Assembly: GCA_040954595.2 (NCBI GenBank) | Contig: CM082577.2 | Span: 9,635,846 to 9,699,845 of the forward strand | Direction: 5' to 3' | DNA length: 64,000 bases | From: Balanoglossus misakiensis | Lineage: Eukaryota; Animalia; Hemichordata | Part shown: positions 15,001 through 28,923 of the stretch, one piece after another | Numbering within the stretch: the stretch's first letter is position 1 | Layout of the letters: each line of letters begins with the position of its first letter | Made by a program: the position numbers and the translations under genes | The notes under the pieces: model-generated | Told to the model about the DNA's origin: nothing | What the model saw: only the letters and a program-made list of their open reading frames with translations | Database searches by the model: none

Positions 15001-17480
15001 TTACTCGAATAAACTACATGTGTAATACAAGGCAGTCTGCAAAACCAGGAAAGGTGTACCCGATTATCTAATTTGTAAAAAAAATCACAGAAGTTGACGT
15101 TGAAAGATTATAAAACAGGGGAAAGGGACTCGTAAAATGTATCGATCAAGGCTAAGTGCTTCAGAGATCATGCGCAATTCTCCGTGCAAAACATGTTTAT
15201 CTGGGAACACACAAGCAACCGCTAATGGAAGAATAATGAGACCGCGGCTCGGTAGATTAGTTTAAAATGAGCCGTGGCATCGATTGATGCAAAAGTTGTA
15301 ACACAGACAAATTGACACTGAATGAAGTCTAGCGCTGCACGCAGTTGGGTGCAAGGGAAGTTAAGGTCAACCTGTGCTGAGGAAAGTTGAATTAGATAGA
15401 GACTGGTGCTTGAATAGCCCTGTAGATGGACTTCAAATGCATAGCTGGAGAGGTGACTGTTGTGGTTTAGTGGGTGTAGGCGTTCTTGTGTGCGGATTCA
15501 TTCTTAACAAGGTTGAGCTGCAGTGCACAGGTTATAGACGGCGGTGATTTAGGTGTCGGCAGGTTAGAGATGATTAGAAGCAGGTACATACATGCTGCCA
15601 GTGCCTGAAGACTGAGACTTCCATGCATGTGCATTCTTTAATTGCAGTGCTTCCTTCTTCAATAACGTGCCTTCGAGCGACTGTGTTTGACGGCTATTAC
15701 AGATGTACATGTACACTCGGAAAGTGCAAAAACTTTCGACGTTTTATCCAGAATATTGAGCAGCTTGTCCACTGCTGTCGGGTTTAATTGACACAAGTCA
15801 GAGGTGTTGATGCATGCCATCTTCCTATAATTGGATTTTCTTTTCCCAGTTCCCACAAGACTAGCTCTGTTTCCAGATCAGCGAGGAATAACTCACTCCT
15901 CACAAACAGTTAAACAAAGGCTGCTAATGCGTAACTATTGGACGTTACTTATTAGTGTTGGCTTTGCAAATATGCCCAGTAAAGATCATTTCTTTTTTTT
16001 CAGCGGTAAAATATTTCTTGTTGGTTCCGCTTTCAAAATACACAGAAAGAAAACGTTTTATTAGCATATAGACACTGTAATATTACCTGATAGTTTGCCG
16101 AGAGAGACACCATTAAATAAAACAAAAAGTACCATCGCTAGCTACATTGTAGGTTCCTGACATTGATTTTACTGAGGGCTTCAAACCACATCTCATACTT
16201 TTACAATTGAATGTTTCACCATCTGATCTGAGAAGAGAAATGTTTCAGATTTTCAAAGTGACTGACGATCACGAAACAACTTTGATGTTCATGTATTAAA
16301 CACACAGTCTTCAATTTGTGAAACCACGTTTTAAGTGACATCCAGATTGTGGTTTCCAAAGAATTCAAAGAAGCTTGATCTGTAACTACACACGTACATA
16401 TACGGCTATAGTGGTAGTACTGAGAAAAGTGGGGATATGTCAATGACTGCTCTGTTTGAAACGGAAACCAGACACCATTCAGAGGCGACTTCTAATGGCA
16501 GCATTTATAGGGAATTACTGGCAATCAACAACAAATTACGGCCATGAATGGGAATCTCGTCGCCGTAAAGCGATTTTCAATTTTCGCTTTTTACTCAGGA
16601 GCGGCGGGGTCCGGACCATTGTATCATGCTAAATTGTCCAGTTTCAACAGATTATCATTTCCTTTTCTTTGCGAGTGAGTCGAGTTGATTGGGCCGCTGA
16701 GGGTTTCAACTCGTGAGAACATCACTACATAAAGAGAGAGAGATCATGTCTCACTCACTTGAGAGACTTAAACTTAACTCGCGTGTTGACATAAAGTTAA
16801 TGTCTTGTGAATGAAGGACCTTTAATTCTGTCTCCACACCGCGGCAGCTGGGAATCTCGTGGGAATTTTGTCAAGGACTGTTTGTTGGCTTTTGTGTGAA
16901 ACATTTAAATCTTTTAATACAGGTATACACCTACATGTAACATGGTGCCTCTAACATACCAGTGTAACGAATCTGGTTTTTGCCAGTTTCACTGGACCGC
17001 ATTGTAAAGACATGCATCACACATATTAGTTTCCTTGATTGTCAGCCGCTGGTGTTAGGTGTTCATTCAAGAATGTCTGACAATAGACCAAATCAGTCAT
17101 ATTTTCTATACAACGTGGCTCTTTATTGCATAGCTTGGCCCACTTTAATCAGATGCTCAATGCATGCCAGAGGTCAAAACAAGTAAGGTGATGTTTCTAC
17201 AGAAGAACGTCATTGCTACATTCAAAATGGTGTTGTGCTGAGTGTATTCATTCTAAGTGACAGAATTAGAATTTAAATGTACAGTGTTCAGCTGCAGTTA
17301 TAGGGGAATTAGTGCAGAAACCTGAGTTTACACGTATGTCAATTAGGAACCCCAATACTGTAAATGTACATCAATACAGACCACACATTGCTATAGCAAT
17401 TGCTTTGTGTTCAGTTGATACTACAGGTTAATTTACGTGGGGGATGAAAATTAAGTTCATGTACCGTGTATATCATGTAT

Positions 17481-17997
17481 TATAATATGATTGGTGTGAA
17501 TCTAGCTCGCTGATTGGCTGGAGCCGGGGTTTATATTCTCGACAAGAAGACCTAGTACCTGGACCCTGAACAGTGAATAGTTTTTTAAAAAGTCACCGAA
17601 ATAGAACACGTAGAAGAGAACGCACCTGAATAGAACGCACTTTCCACATTCTATTGGCGGTGGCATAAAATCGCGTGACTTTAGAAATTCTAGAACGCGT
17701 TTGCACCAGCACAGCTTGCGTGTTCTGGAACAGTGCCCGACGAGGCCCTAGAACTAGCACGATTTATCCCCAACCAAACAACGGATTTGAAAACATGAAA
17801 TTGTTTATCTTTATCAAGCAAAATCATATTATAATGAGGTTATAAACGGTGCGCTCGGGTATTTGGTACGGATATAAGACCTCTCAGGAGAGAGGCTACG
17901 CTCGGTGATTATTTCCCACCAAATATGCTAATTTTCACCTGAGAGGTCTTATATCCGCAACCAAATACCCTCACTAGCCGTTTATAACCTCTAAATA
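17481..17997. mobile_element. Non-autonomous element with a long terminal hairpin, Crypton-like
   Basis: Arms of ~50 bp (17836 GAGGTTATAAACGG...CCTCTCAGG / CCTGAGAGG...CCGTTTATAACCTC 17991) around GCTACGCTCG, ending TAAATA; TGATTGG motif near the other end. Same layout as 48519-48830. Left boundary approximate; family name from recollection of architecture. Confidence 0.6.
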
Positions 17998-20900
17998 CAG
18001 TGCACTTGCCAATGCCAATTGGTTTCAATTTTTCCCATCAGAAAGACCAGACACTTTTCTCATTCAACATCTTCTGTGAAGGTGCACTTGAAGCGAATCT
18101 TTCACGTGTATTTAAATGTACTATTGTTTACAACATTACAGTAGTTTTAATCGCGATGGATTGACCATGGTTCTGATACACATTTTCTTTGGGATTATAA
18201 TGTATGTTGGGTTTAGAGAGGAGCTGAAGTCTTTTCTTTGGCAAACCATTACACTCTGCTGATTATGGCTGAAGAGTCTGTTTTTGCCCCAGGGTACCAA
18301 GTACGTGTACATGTGCATGTACACTTGGCAGTATATAAAAAAAGGGAAACATGCTTTATTGCCTTTTCCCACTACCTAATAATGACTCAGCTGGTTGGTT
18401 GACGCATGGCCGTGATCACCAACAAATGTGGTTGAATCTGACCGTGAAGGAAAGTTTTCTGAGAATTGTTGTGGTTTTTATGAATATTCATGAATTGATT
18501 GCATACAAGCTTCCAGATGAATAGTTTTCACTTGAACATGGACAAAGAGAAGACACAAAACAGAGAATAGTCAAAAGACATATTCCATGAAGTGTATTAC
18601 CAACAAATTCTGCATAATGCTGGGTTGCATTATATGTGGGTGTCATGGAGTGACTAATTGGTGAATGACTTCTTCGAAGCTTCAAGACCGCACCGAATAT
18701 TCTGCACAACTTATTTAGATCTCCATTGCAGCATTCGCGAAATCAGACGAAGGCTCTATTCAATTTCCTTTGTATGACTTGAAAGCAAAATGTGCCAGAT
18801 CATCAGGTCGGGAGATATGATTAGCTTTATCAGACGACTGGCACGCCACTTTTCTTATGATTTTGAGCACACACACAAAAAATGAATTTTGATAGATTAA
18901 ACATTAAACGCTGCCGCACCATAAGTGGATCAGGATGATCTGCAAGGATGAAAAAATTAGGTTAACCGGTTTTCATGGCGTGTGATGCATAATGCAAGGT
19001 TGATATGAAATAATAAATGGACAGAAAAACTATCAACTTGCTGTGCTCTCAGTAGAGTCCCAGATGGAGATGCATTCTGTATCTATTTGATGTTTCACAG
19101 TTGTATAGCTATTTATATTCTTTGTGTGTCTACCATATAAAGCACCATACCATTTGCTGACTTTAAATTGACTGTATTATAATATTTACATCTATTGTAT
19201 GTTTTCTGCCGTATGTTGCCATTTAGATAAAACCTGACTAAGATTAAATATTAAACCATTCAGAACAGACATAGTGGTATCCGTATAGAGAATAAATATG
19301 AATTGTTCAGGCTGTTTAAAATTTTGAGGGCATGCAATTGTCTAGACTGGAAAACTTCAAAAGTATGATTTGAAAATTGTCAGCTGGTCAAGCTGAATTA
19401 AATAATTAACAATATTCACGATGAAATGAAAATTTCTGGCATAGTGTCTGTCGGTAGCATTCAGGTATCAAGAAAGAATGTTGATTGTCTCTGTAGAAAT
19501 ATAATTCGATTAGAAAGTGCTCCGTTCACGCGAGCAGATGTATGAAGGATGCACGAAATGTTGAAAATTCCTGTGGGAAACATATGCTGGTATTATGCTC
19601 TTCCTCAAGAAAACCAACACAATCTATCGGTGTTACCAACAAGGCTTTTCATGAACGTGGGGTTATTCATAATTCAGGTAGAAAGGCCCAGGGTCATATT
19701 TTTGAAACCTAATGCAGGGTGTCCATTTAATTACTTCTGTCACCTGAGAATAGCGCTTTCGCAAAGATGTGGGCGAGTGGTGAAAAACCCGATCCTGCCC
19801 ACACTGTTAGAACAGTTGCAATTTGGAGTTAACAGGAACTCAATATCCGTCACTTTACTGTGCCCTCTCCACAGCGGTAAAACTTCAAACCACATTTCTC
19901 ATGGCCGCAAGTGTTTGATGTTACGGCAGAAATTTTGAAAATTCATGCAGAGGATTATCTGTGGAGTCTGTTTTCTGTTGGCATCATGTAGCCGGTATGT
20001 ATAAATGAAGTAGATGGTGCAGATGCCCTTTCATATTCAGACGGCACTACTATACAGAGTTACAAAAAGGATGGCCTAGGCAGTATATCAACTGTATAAT
20101 CTGATAAATTATGTTTTAGGGTTTGGCAGGTATCGTGTGGACAGCTGACTGTCACGGTTTCAGATGGTGCAAGTCACACTTGTAGATCAGTAGAAATCAG
20201 GAGAATCAGATTAGTGTAGCTACAGCAACATAGTTGTTCACATGCATGTTCAAGGTCTTGTATTTACAAACAGTGAACCGTGGTTATCCACAAGCTTTCC
20301 ATGCAGCAATGATACAAAACTGAACAAATGTATATCAGAGACACACATTTTATGTCAGTTTGTAACATTTAGCCAGTATGTGCAATGTTAGTTACCGAAG
20401 TGATTGGTGCCTGTTCTGTACTCGTTGCCGTTTTGGTGGTATCATGGCTATTAACCCCTGAACATTTGCAACCCGGATACTTCTGGGCAAGTGTCTTAGC
20501 AATTCTGGAAAAATTTGATGAGTTGACACCATTTATTTGAAATAAAAAAAGTCGGGCGTCTTCTTTTACTGACACTGTCTGCTTTTATCGACGTTGCATA
20601 CAAATTGTGTGTCACCTACCGTTTGAAACATTTCTAAAAAGAGGGCATAAAAGGTGAAGGTTTAATCAAATGTTATCACACATTTATAGATGCGCCCACG
20701 TTGCTTGTATTAAATTTGAAACACCATTTATTTCACTGCAGTTTTCAATTACAGTAGTGTGACATTTCAATTTGAGAATGTACAAAGTATAAATATATTA
20801 TTCCAGCCCCCGTGTGTTATTGCTGAAAGAACGGCAGCAGTGCTATTAAAATGATTTCTTTAAGTGGTGCATGGCACTTACTTGTGAAGACGCATGTGTA

Positions 20901-23900
20901 ATTCTCATCATTAAAAGTACAATCACAACTGTAGTTTGTCATCATGTTGGAAGCTTGAAGATTTAAAATGCCGTTTGTATCCCGGCCTGAATAAATGAAG
21001 GCCTTCATACAGTTGAGATATGTTGAATGAAAATTCTATCTTCGGAGATAAATTTATTTAAACCTCGTAATTCAAGTTTATCAAAGGCTTACTCATCATC
21101 TTCATGAAATAATAATTTTATCAAGCTCGCAGTGGGCGATTTTGACCCCGACAATACATGCAAAGTAATCGTCTGACAGAAATACATGTGTATTACTCGA
21201 TCACAGTCACATATCCATGGTCAAGGACACACAAACTGCTAAAAGCAACAAAGTCACTGGCCCTCCGCTTAATCGTGGTTATTTTAGTTTCGCTTGGTAG
21301 AATCTGACTTTATGCTGTTCTGCACATTGAAATGCTCAATTACTGCAGTTGTCACAGCTCAGCTCACATCATGTATATGGACACGATGAACATATACTTC
21401 AATTGCTAAATTTTTGGTCAATATCCATGTACAAGGTTGGAGTTGTTTGTTAACAATGATGCATAATTGCACATATGTCATTGAACAGAAAACATCTATC
21501 TTTAAGGAAACTATCATGGTAAAAAAACACCAAAATAATGTCATTATTAGTTCACTTTGTCCCTACATGTATGTTCACATCTGTGATTACCAGTCCAGTC
21601 ATAATTTACATTTATTTGCAGTTTATAACCAAAGATAAACTGATTTGTAGGTAGAAAGTAATAACTGTTCCACCCGTAATTCTAGACACTTACAAAACCA
21701 ACTCTTTATGATGGAATCACTTAAATGTCTCATTAATCATATAAGATCCATGCATGTACATGTACTTATCTGAAAAGGAGGAACTCATAAATATTACAGT
21801 TTATGAAACTCTTTACATTACAATGTAAGATCATATTCATTGGAAACCTCGTCAATGTCCACACAGAGATGATCATCTTTGGGTTGTCATGGCACCCATC
21901 ACCTACTGGGTATCATTCATGTTAGAATGATTGTCACAAACTACACTTCTTGTCTTGCTGTGTTGCATTCACACTGTTCAAAGCGTCAGACGATAAATTG
22001 AGATTGGAATTCTCACCAATTCTCCTAAATTTTTAAGACTGTGTGTATTGTATCGATTCTTTCACCCTTTTCGTGTGATCAATCAAAATTGCCTCCATCG
22101 CTCTGCGTACAATGTACTGTCGTGTGCTGCATTTGAATTTTCCATCAATGTGAGCCCACAGGAAACAAGTCCCATAAGCACTTCCTGTGTCCACATTTGC
22201 AATGGCTATTCAGCAAGGAGTACCCCCCTTTCCCCTGCAGATATCCACATTATGTCGGTGACCAGCTAAATTGGGATCACAGTGAGCTCAGTGTCTACCC
22301 GTGTATTGAATATAGAGCTGGATTGATCGATATACGCGTAGTACGAACTACAGCAATGGCAGGGTTTCTTTCAGCTCTCCAGCTTCAAGTGGGTTTCCAA
22401 TGATCGTTATTTGCTTCCGCAATTGAAGCATTCTCGGATCGTAGTCCTGTATGATTGCATGCCTCTTTTAAAGAGGGCAGGATGTGTTAACCATGTTTTC
22501 ACCAGACCGAAGAACAAATATGCTACGTGCATTATACCTTTCCCACGCAGTGCATTTGTATCTGTTTTGGAAATTCTTTATTAACTCGATCATTATATTG
22601 TCTGATCCTCTTGGCTTGCTTTAATTGGTCGGCCTGTTATTGCAGGAAAATTCCCTGCCCAATGCATAGACCAGCTGAAGGAATGAAACCCCTGGTGCAT
22701 TTGATATTATGATTGAAAACTTATAATAGTTCCTAAGTTTTTGAATGCCCTGATCGTCTGAAATTGTTGAGTTCTTTGCTGATGAGGACATATTTGACAC
22801 ACAGCCTAATTGTTTTTGTCTTACTAAGCCATTGCTTAGGATGTTAACCAAAGACCACATATCTCTCACACAGATCACAATGTTGTTACAGATGCGCAGG
22901 ACCAACAGGTCATCAACGTTTCATTTCTGTATGCAGTGTAACCAAAACTGGAGAACCTGTATGAGCAGAGACTTCCAGTGCATGCAGGATGCAGCTGAGT
23001 TTTGGTGGCCAACACAGCCAATTGTGTCCTCATTTAACCACCTTTAACAGCTGTCAACACATGTTGTCCTGAAGTTGCTGTTTTATTGCCCAGCCTCGAG
23101 GGCACTGGCCAGGCGTATAAAATCTCGCCTGAACAAACACATACTGCAACAGCTGAGATAGAGCTGTACATGTACCTGTATCTATTGGTTTTTTAAAGGC
23201 CATCAAATTGCTATTCTGTTCATTCCTAAGACAACACGGCAGAATCCCCGGCAGACACATCCTGTCCACTGACAGAGAAGATTAAATTTACACGTCCAAC
23301 TTTGCCATCACAACTTGTTTGTGCCTTTGAATTTATGTTATTCAATCTTCTGCAACAGGACACACTTTGGTATTTGCCATAAAAATGACGCACTTGTATC
23401 ATGTGCAGAATCTTAATGAAAAGTCCACAATCCGAAAAAAAAATTGCATCTGTCTTGTTACTCGAGAACGTACAAGGTGGTGCAAATAGGAGAGTGCGGC
23501 AGATGAAATTACAGCAACTGACGTTATTTGTAGTTTCCTAAATATTACTAACAGCTATGAAAATCCACGTAGCCCTGGGGGTTATAGCATCAGATATGAA
23601 TCATTCAATTGACTCCAAAACTCTACAAAAGCTGACATTTACAGTGGTTTGTAGTGCCCATCTCTGTTGCCCAGGATCTGTATTAAGTTTTCAGAAAGCA
23701 AGCCTAATCTTATATCAATTTATTAGGCGTTTGTATTGAGTTTTGAAATTTTCTGCAATGAGTGACGTCATTTGACTAGGGGGAAAGGCATTCATGGTAA
23801 AATGGTAACTACCAAAACGTTGTGACTTAACAGTGGTACTGAATTTTGCCTGCAAGAATTTTATGGCAAACTGTGGTTAGTTTCATTTCTTGCAGCAGGT

Positions 23901-24034
23901 ACATTGTACATGTACTCTACTTGGTGCAATGGAATTAGAAAGTTCAATTTCCCTTTTAACATTCCATTTTTCCTATGAAACGTCATTTCAGTATTTTAGC
24001 TCTGATGTTGTGCATAGGCGTAGCTGAGGATCAG

Positions 24035-24100
24035 TTAAAGGGACAAAGTCTCTCTCTCGCTGCCCCTTTTCAATTAAACGTGTGTTTGTTATGTTGTACG
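24035..24100. mobile_element. Truncated left end of TTAA MITE family B
   Basis: TTAA|AGGGACAAAGTCTCTCTCTCGCTGCCC matches the terminus of 24482-24827. Confidence 0.75.
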
Positions 24101-24481
24101 TGCTCTAGAACAGATTTGAACTGATGGCATATTTCACACAATAAAAAGCGAAAGAATGGCAAAATACAACCACAGAGTGTTTACAGTGTATGAAAAATGT
24201 CAGATCGATTTGATCAGCGGTGTGATCTATTGGTTTTGCACAAGGCTAGCATTAATTAATTATACCTAAATGTAATTGACTCTGGCAGATGCTGAACTTG
24301 AACCGCGGGCTGACCTTCGCTGTGCAAATTAGAAGTCCATTTACCGGTTTCTTATCGCCCCCATGTGTCGTGTTGATTTTTGCTTCCCTTGATGACGTTC
24401 CGATTAAAGTGTTTGCCACTCAATTGCCACGGGCAAGGTTAGGATAGTGGCTCGTAATCAGGGATTATGTCGGCCTCTCGC

Positions 24482-24827
24482 TTAAAGGGACAAAGTCTCT
24501 CTCTCGCTTCCGTTTTTCCATTAATTTTGTTTGATACATTAACACACTGTTTATGTTATTCTACATGTAGCTATATAGTGAATCAACGTTCAACCACACA
24601 AAACTTCCTTCCCACTTGTATGATATGAGAGTAAAAACTCGCCCAAAATGAATAAATAGTAAAGAACGATTATTCATTTTGGCGAGTTTTTTCACTCTCC
24701 TTTCTATAAGAGGTATGGAAGTTGTGTGTGATGGAACGTTGATTCACTATATATCCACATGTAGAATAACAACCGGTGTATAATTAATGGAAAAAAGGGC
24801 AGCGAGAGAGAGACTTTGTCCCTTTAA
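24482..24827. mobile_element. Foldback MITE, TTAA-flanked, Kolobok/T2-like (family B, full copy)
   Basis: TTAA|AGGGACAAAGTCTCTCTCTCGCT ... AGCGAGAGAGAGACTTTGTCCCT|TTAA; almost the whole element is an imperfect palindrome. Confidence 0.9.
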
Positions 24828-26157
24828 TGGCCATTCTCCCAGTTGTTGTAGATATGCCACAGTCACTGGAGTGACTGTGATGTAGCCTTTGAGTTCAACT
24901 TCCCGGCCCTTGCGAACATTCGTACGCTGTTTCTCTTGAGAAAAGGCACTTTATAAATGGGTCCACCTTCTGGCAAAAGCCTGTCAATTTCAACAATCCC
25001 AGGAATGGAGACTTGTATCGGAAAAAACGGGACATTTTTAACCTTTTCTACGTTATGTTATTCGGTGTATACAATCAGTCGAAGGAATAAACACAGTGGA
25101 ATGTGATCTGTGGCACTGTGCGTTGCCGTGACGCTTGGCTGTAATCCAGATTTGCATGTAAAAATCTTGGCAAATGTTCTTTGTAGGCTGTTATCTGCCG
25201 TCCAAATCACAGATAAATTTGCCTGACTGTATACTCATGCTATAAACAACATTCCGGCATTGTTTTGGATAATTTTTATTCACCTCACATTCTTTATGTT
25301 GTTCTGTCGTCTGAAATCAACCGACTCGCTCTCCGCCAGATCAAGAAATAGTGAAATATGGTACATACTCAATAAACAAGTAAACATTTGCATATTCAGA
25401 CAACAACAGCATTGGTGTGAGAAAATTAAAAAAAATGGATGGTAACCATCAGTATTATATACAGTGTGCAAGAATCCAGAACAGAATATGTGTTTAAAGT
25501 GTCCCAAGGCAGGTTGTGGTTTGAACTGTGACTTCTGTTCGCTGTGGTCGCCTGTACCATATTTATTTAAATAGATTGATGACGTCGCCCAAAATCACTA
25601 TCACCACAGGAAGACAGAAAACGAATTTAATCTGAATGCTGGGCAGAATACAAAATGATATGCTCCATGAATTTGTTAGATGAAATCCCCCTCTCCTCAA
25701 AAAAAAAAAAAAAAAAAAACTCCCTGCAGTTTTCCATTTTTCAATATCATTCAGCTGTCTTTCCATAAATGTTTAACTTCCTCGTGAATTTTTATGACCA
25801 ATACTTCAAAAACATAAAACATTACAGACAATCTGCTAAACTGGCACGTTTTGTAAAGTCAGTTCTGTGGAATGAAACACTTTATGGTCCATATATTCAT
25901 CCCTTTCACTTGTCTTGTTAGAATTAGAGCCCCATATATCTCTCACACCTGAGATGTGGTTTATGCTCCGATACCCGAGTCTAGCTGCATAATAAAATAA
26001 TTACATGACGCCAGGCAGAATTAATACACTGTTTCGTATAATTGCCGCTTCAAAATTTTATTCCAGTGTTGAAAATTTACGACGACGTTGAGCAGCTTTA
26101 ACATTTTGTGTCGATTGCATTCCAGTTCTGTTGTCAACATGAGGGCAATTACATGAA

Positions 26158-26460
26158 TTAAAGGGACACTGGCTGTCACTTTAAATAATATTTTAAATAT
26201 TTTCATTCTGTGTATGCACTAGAGTTTCTAGTTCTACTTCATAAACATAATGACTTGCCCTGTATTAATCTTGTCATCAGCAACGTTGTAATTGAAAATT
26301 TAATTTTGGTATGTACTAAAAATTCAAATGTCAACAATATCCTACACATACATGTACAGGTATACATATTTGGCATTTGTACATGCTTTAAAAACAGGTA
26401 GTTGTTGCACGAATCAAAATAGTGAAATAATCATTAAAGTTACTGCTTGTGTCCCTTTAA
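26158..26460. mobile_element. TTAA-flanked MITE, Kolobok/T2-like (family C)
   Basis: TTAA|AGGGACACTGGCTGTCACTTTAA ... TTAAAGTTACTGCTTGTGTCCCT|TTAA (23-bp TIR, 4 mismatches). Confidence 0.8.
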
Positions 26461-28501
26461 AGGTTAAACTGTACCATAGTATAATACTAAAAACTTGCAT
26501 TCCCGTTTAAACCAATTCTGTCGTATATTTCATCATACAGGTCATAACCTTGTTTTCCACTGGGAATTTTTAAGCACAGCAATATTATCCGTGACCTGTA
26601 TTTTAGAGAAATGAGGTCATACCTGGTGTTTATTGTTTCAGCTGTTTGTGAGTTAGGGTCAGCAACTTAGCTTCCTTCAGATACAAAATTGTCAGAGTGA
26701 AATAGTTTCCATTGATTGATAGCTGCAAGAGGGTAAGATGTGATAGCTAGGGTCATTTTGCTGCTACTATTACTACTTGTGGCTACAACCTTGCATGAAC
26801 TATTACAGAAACTGTAAGCTTATTTAATTCAGAAAAATAAAATAAACATTTTTTTCTGCTTTTTTGTGCATTTTCCATAAATGCAAAATCAAAAAACGCA
26901 TTGGAGAAAGTGATGTATTTTCTCGCAGTTTGTATTGGCTTGTAAACTAGTAGTGCCACTTAAAAATGCCTGGAATTTGAACCATGTACATTAATTTGAT
27001 TGTGAAGTATTGCAGCTATGCATATTTACGAGTTATTTTTGTGTCTGGATAAAAATAAAAAATGTATCTTTTTTTAATTTATCATAAGTGCAGGTATTTG
27101 AGCAACACAGCAGAGTTACAAATGTGATCTACATTATGAGGGACGTGTAGTTCTCTGTGACCATGGTGTCAGTTCGATCTGTCGACAGAATACTGATGCT
27201 TTTTGGTTTTCATTCGTATTAGACATAAGAACTCTGCAGCATCATTTGGTGTCTGTCAACATAGGTAATCCCTCGGTTGGCTGCAAGTGGTCATTAGGGA
27301 AAAACAGCGGAATTGATTTCGCTGCGCCATCTAGACTTTAAGTACAGTAAAAAGGACTTATGGTTGCGTTTTGTCGTTCCGTATCTGGCTCCGCATCTCT
27401 GATGGAATCTCGCTCCCGGCCTCTAATCCCCTCAATCAAACCTGTCACATATTTTATCTCCCGCGATTATCTCGGGCTTCGGCGTCTAAATTGAGATGAT
27501 CTGCTGTTTTTTACGGGCCCTGCTCCTTGAGATGCAGCTGCGTTCTCCTGGATGAGGATTAAAGGGGATCTGTTTGAGACGAGCGATGCTTGAAAGTGAT
27601 ATGTATGAAGGAGTGCGCCGTGCCTTGGTGTTTGATCGGGCATTTCATTTCATTTTGTCACAAGGGGATGTTTGGCATTCTAATGTTTTGGGATAACATA
27701 GAGAATGGATGTCAAGGAAGAAATCGCACACTAAGATGGATACTGTTCATTTTCCACACTTCCAGCTGAGCTTTGACATCCCTGGAAAATGTGTGTGTGT
27801 CAAACTCTTGAAAGCAATTCAGTGGGAATGAGGAGAGATTGCAACCTTTGACCCTCATCAGATGAGAAACTGGGCGAACTGAATGAAAATAACTGCAACA
27901 TAATTGTGGATTTGCTGTAGTCGAAAACCATGTTTGGTCAGCAGATATTTTCTCTGGGTGAAATTCATAAAATAATAACAAGGAATAAGCAGTGCCATCG
28001 TTAACTCGTGTTGCAACATGTTTTGTGAAATGATCATTAGCTATTTTAATCCATGATGTGGTCATTGATATCCTAAAAACAAAATTGAAAATTTTGAGTT
28101 GGCAAGGAACGTTGTATGGATATTGATGGATTCTGATAAGATTAACAATCATGATATGTCTGTAGATAAGGATCACTGGCCAAATTGGAACTCAAATTTT
28201 TCTTAATTTTACCGGCTACGTGCAGCAATTCACCGTGAGACTGTAATGATTTCTGTCTGCCTCGTCCCATATACCGGACAATGCATTGGAACCTAATTTC
28301 AATCAGTCGTCATACAGGATAGTTGCCTCGTCTCATTTACATCATTATGTCATCCGCCGGTCGACAGGTTTAGTACTCTGCGTATTACAGGGTTCCTTCA
28401 ACCGTGGAGATTCACCATCAAAGAAATTGCTAAAGCCCAAGATGTGAATCATAATAAACTACACTGTGCATAGAAGTTACAGCGTGCAGTCTGACGCAGA
28501 T

Positions 28502-28923
28502 TTAAGGATGTACGCGCAGAACATAAACCGGAAAACTGCGCGCGCCCGGTCTTTTTCCCATAGGATTACATTGATAATCGCTAGAAAACAGACTTCTACT
28601 ATTGTCATTTTCACGAAATTGTACACATAGCTCAGTCCAGTAAATAAAAATGCATTGGTCAAATAAAATATAGGGGTCACCGCGCTCTAGTTTGAGATCA
28701 ATTGCGTTAACAAATTTGCCCATAGACAAACCATTGGTGGAAAATGCTGAGTCAGCAATTTTCCCCCATTATCGACTAAATTCATGGCTCTGTATTTCAT
28801 AAACAAGCGCGGTGACCCCTATATCTTATTACGGATTTTCATTATACATACAAAGGAGAATCCAAAAATCCACATTTAAAAAAAATGACAATACTTTCAA
28901 TTTTACTGAACGTACATCCTTAA
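28502..28923. mobile_element. TTAA-flanked MITE, Kolobok-like (family D)
   Basis: TTAA|GGATGTACG ... CGTACATCC|TTAA, with an internal inverted pair ATATAGGGGTCACCGCGCT / AGCGCGGTGACCCCTATAT. Confidence 0.8.

Noticed and set aside
24562-24569. This TACATGTA as an insertion scar
   Set aside because: The opposite arm of the foldback element reads TACATGTG here, so this instance is better explained by a point change in the element.
24884-24955. Possible tRNA-derived SINE fragment (GAGTTCAACT ... CTTGAGAAAAGGCACTTTA)
   Set aside because: Too degenerate; no A box, tail or second copy to support it.
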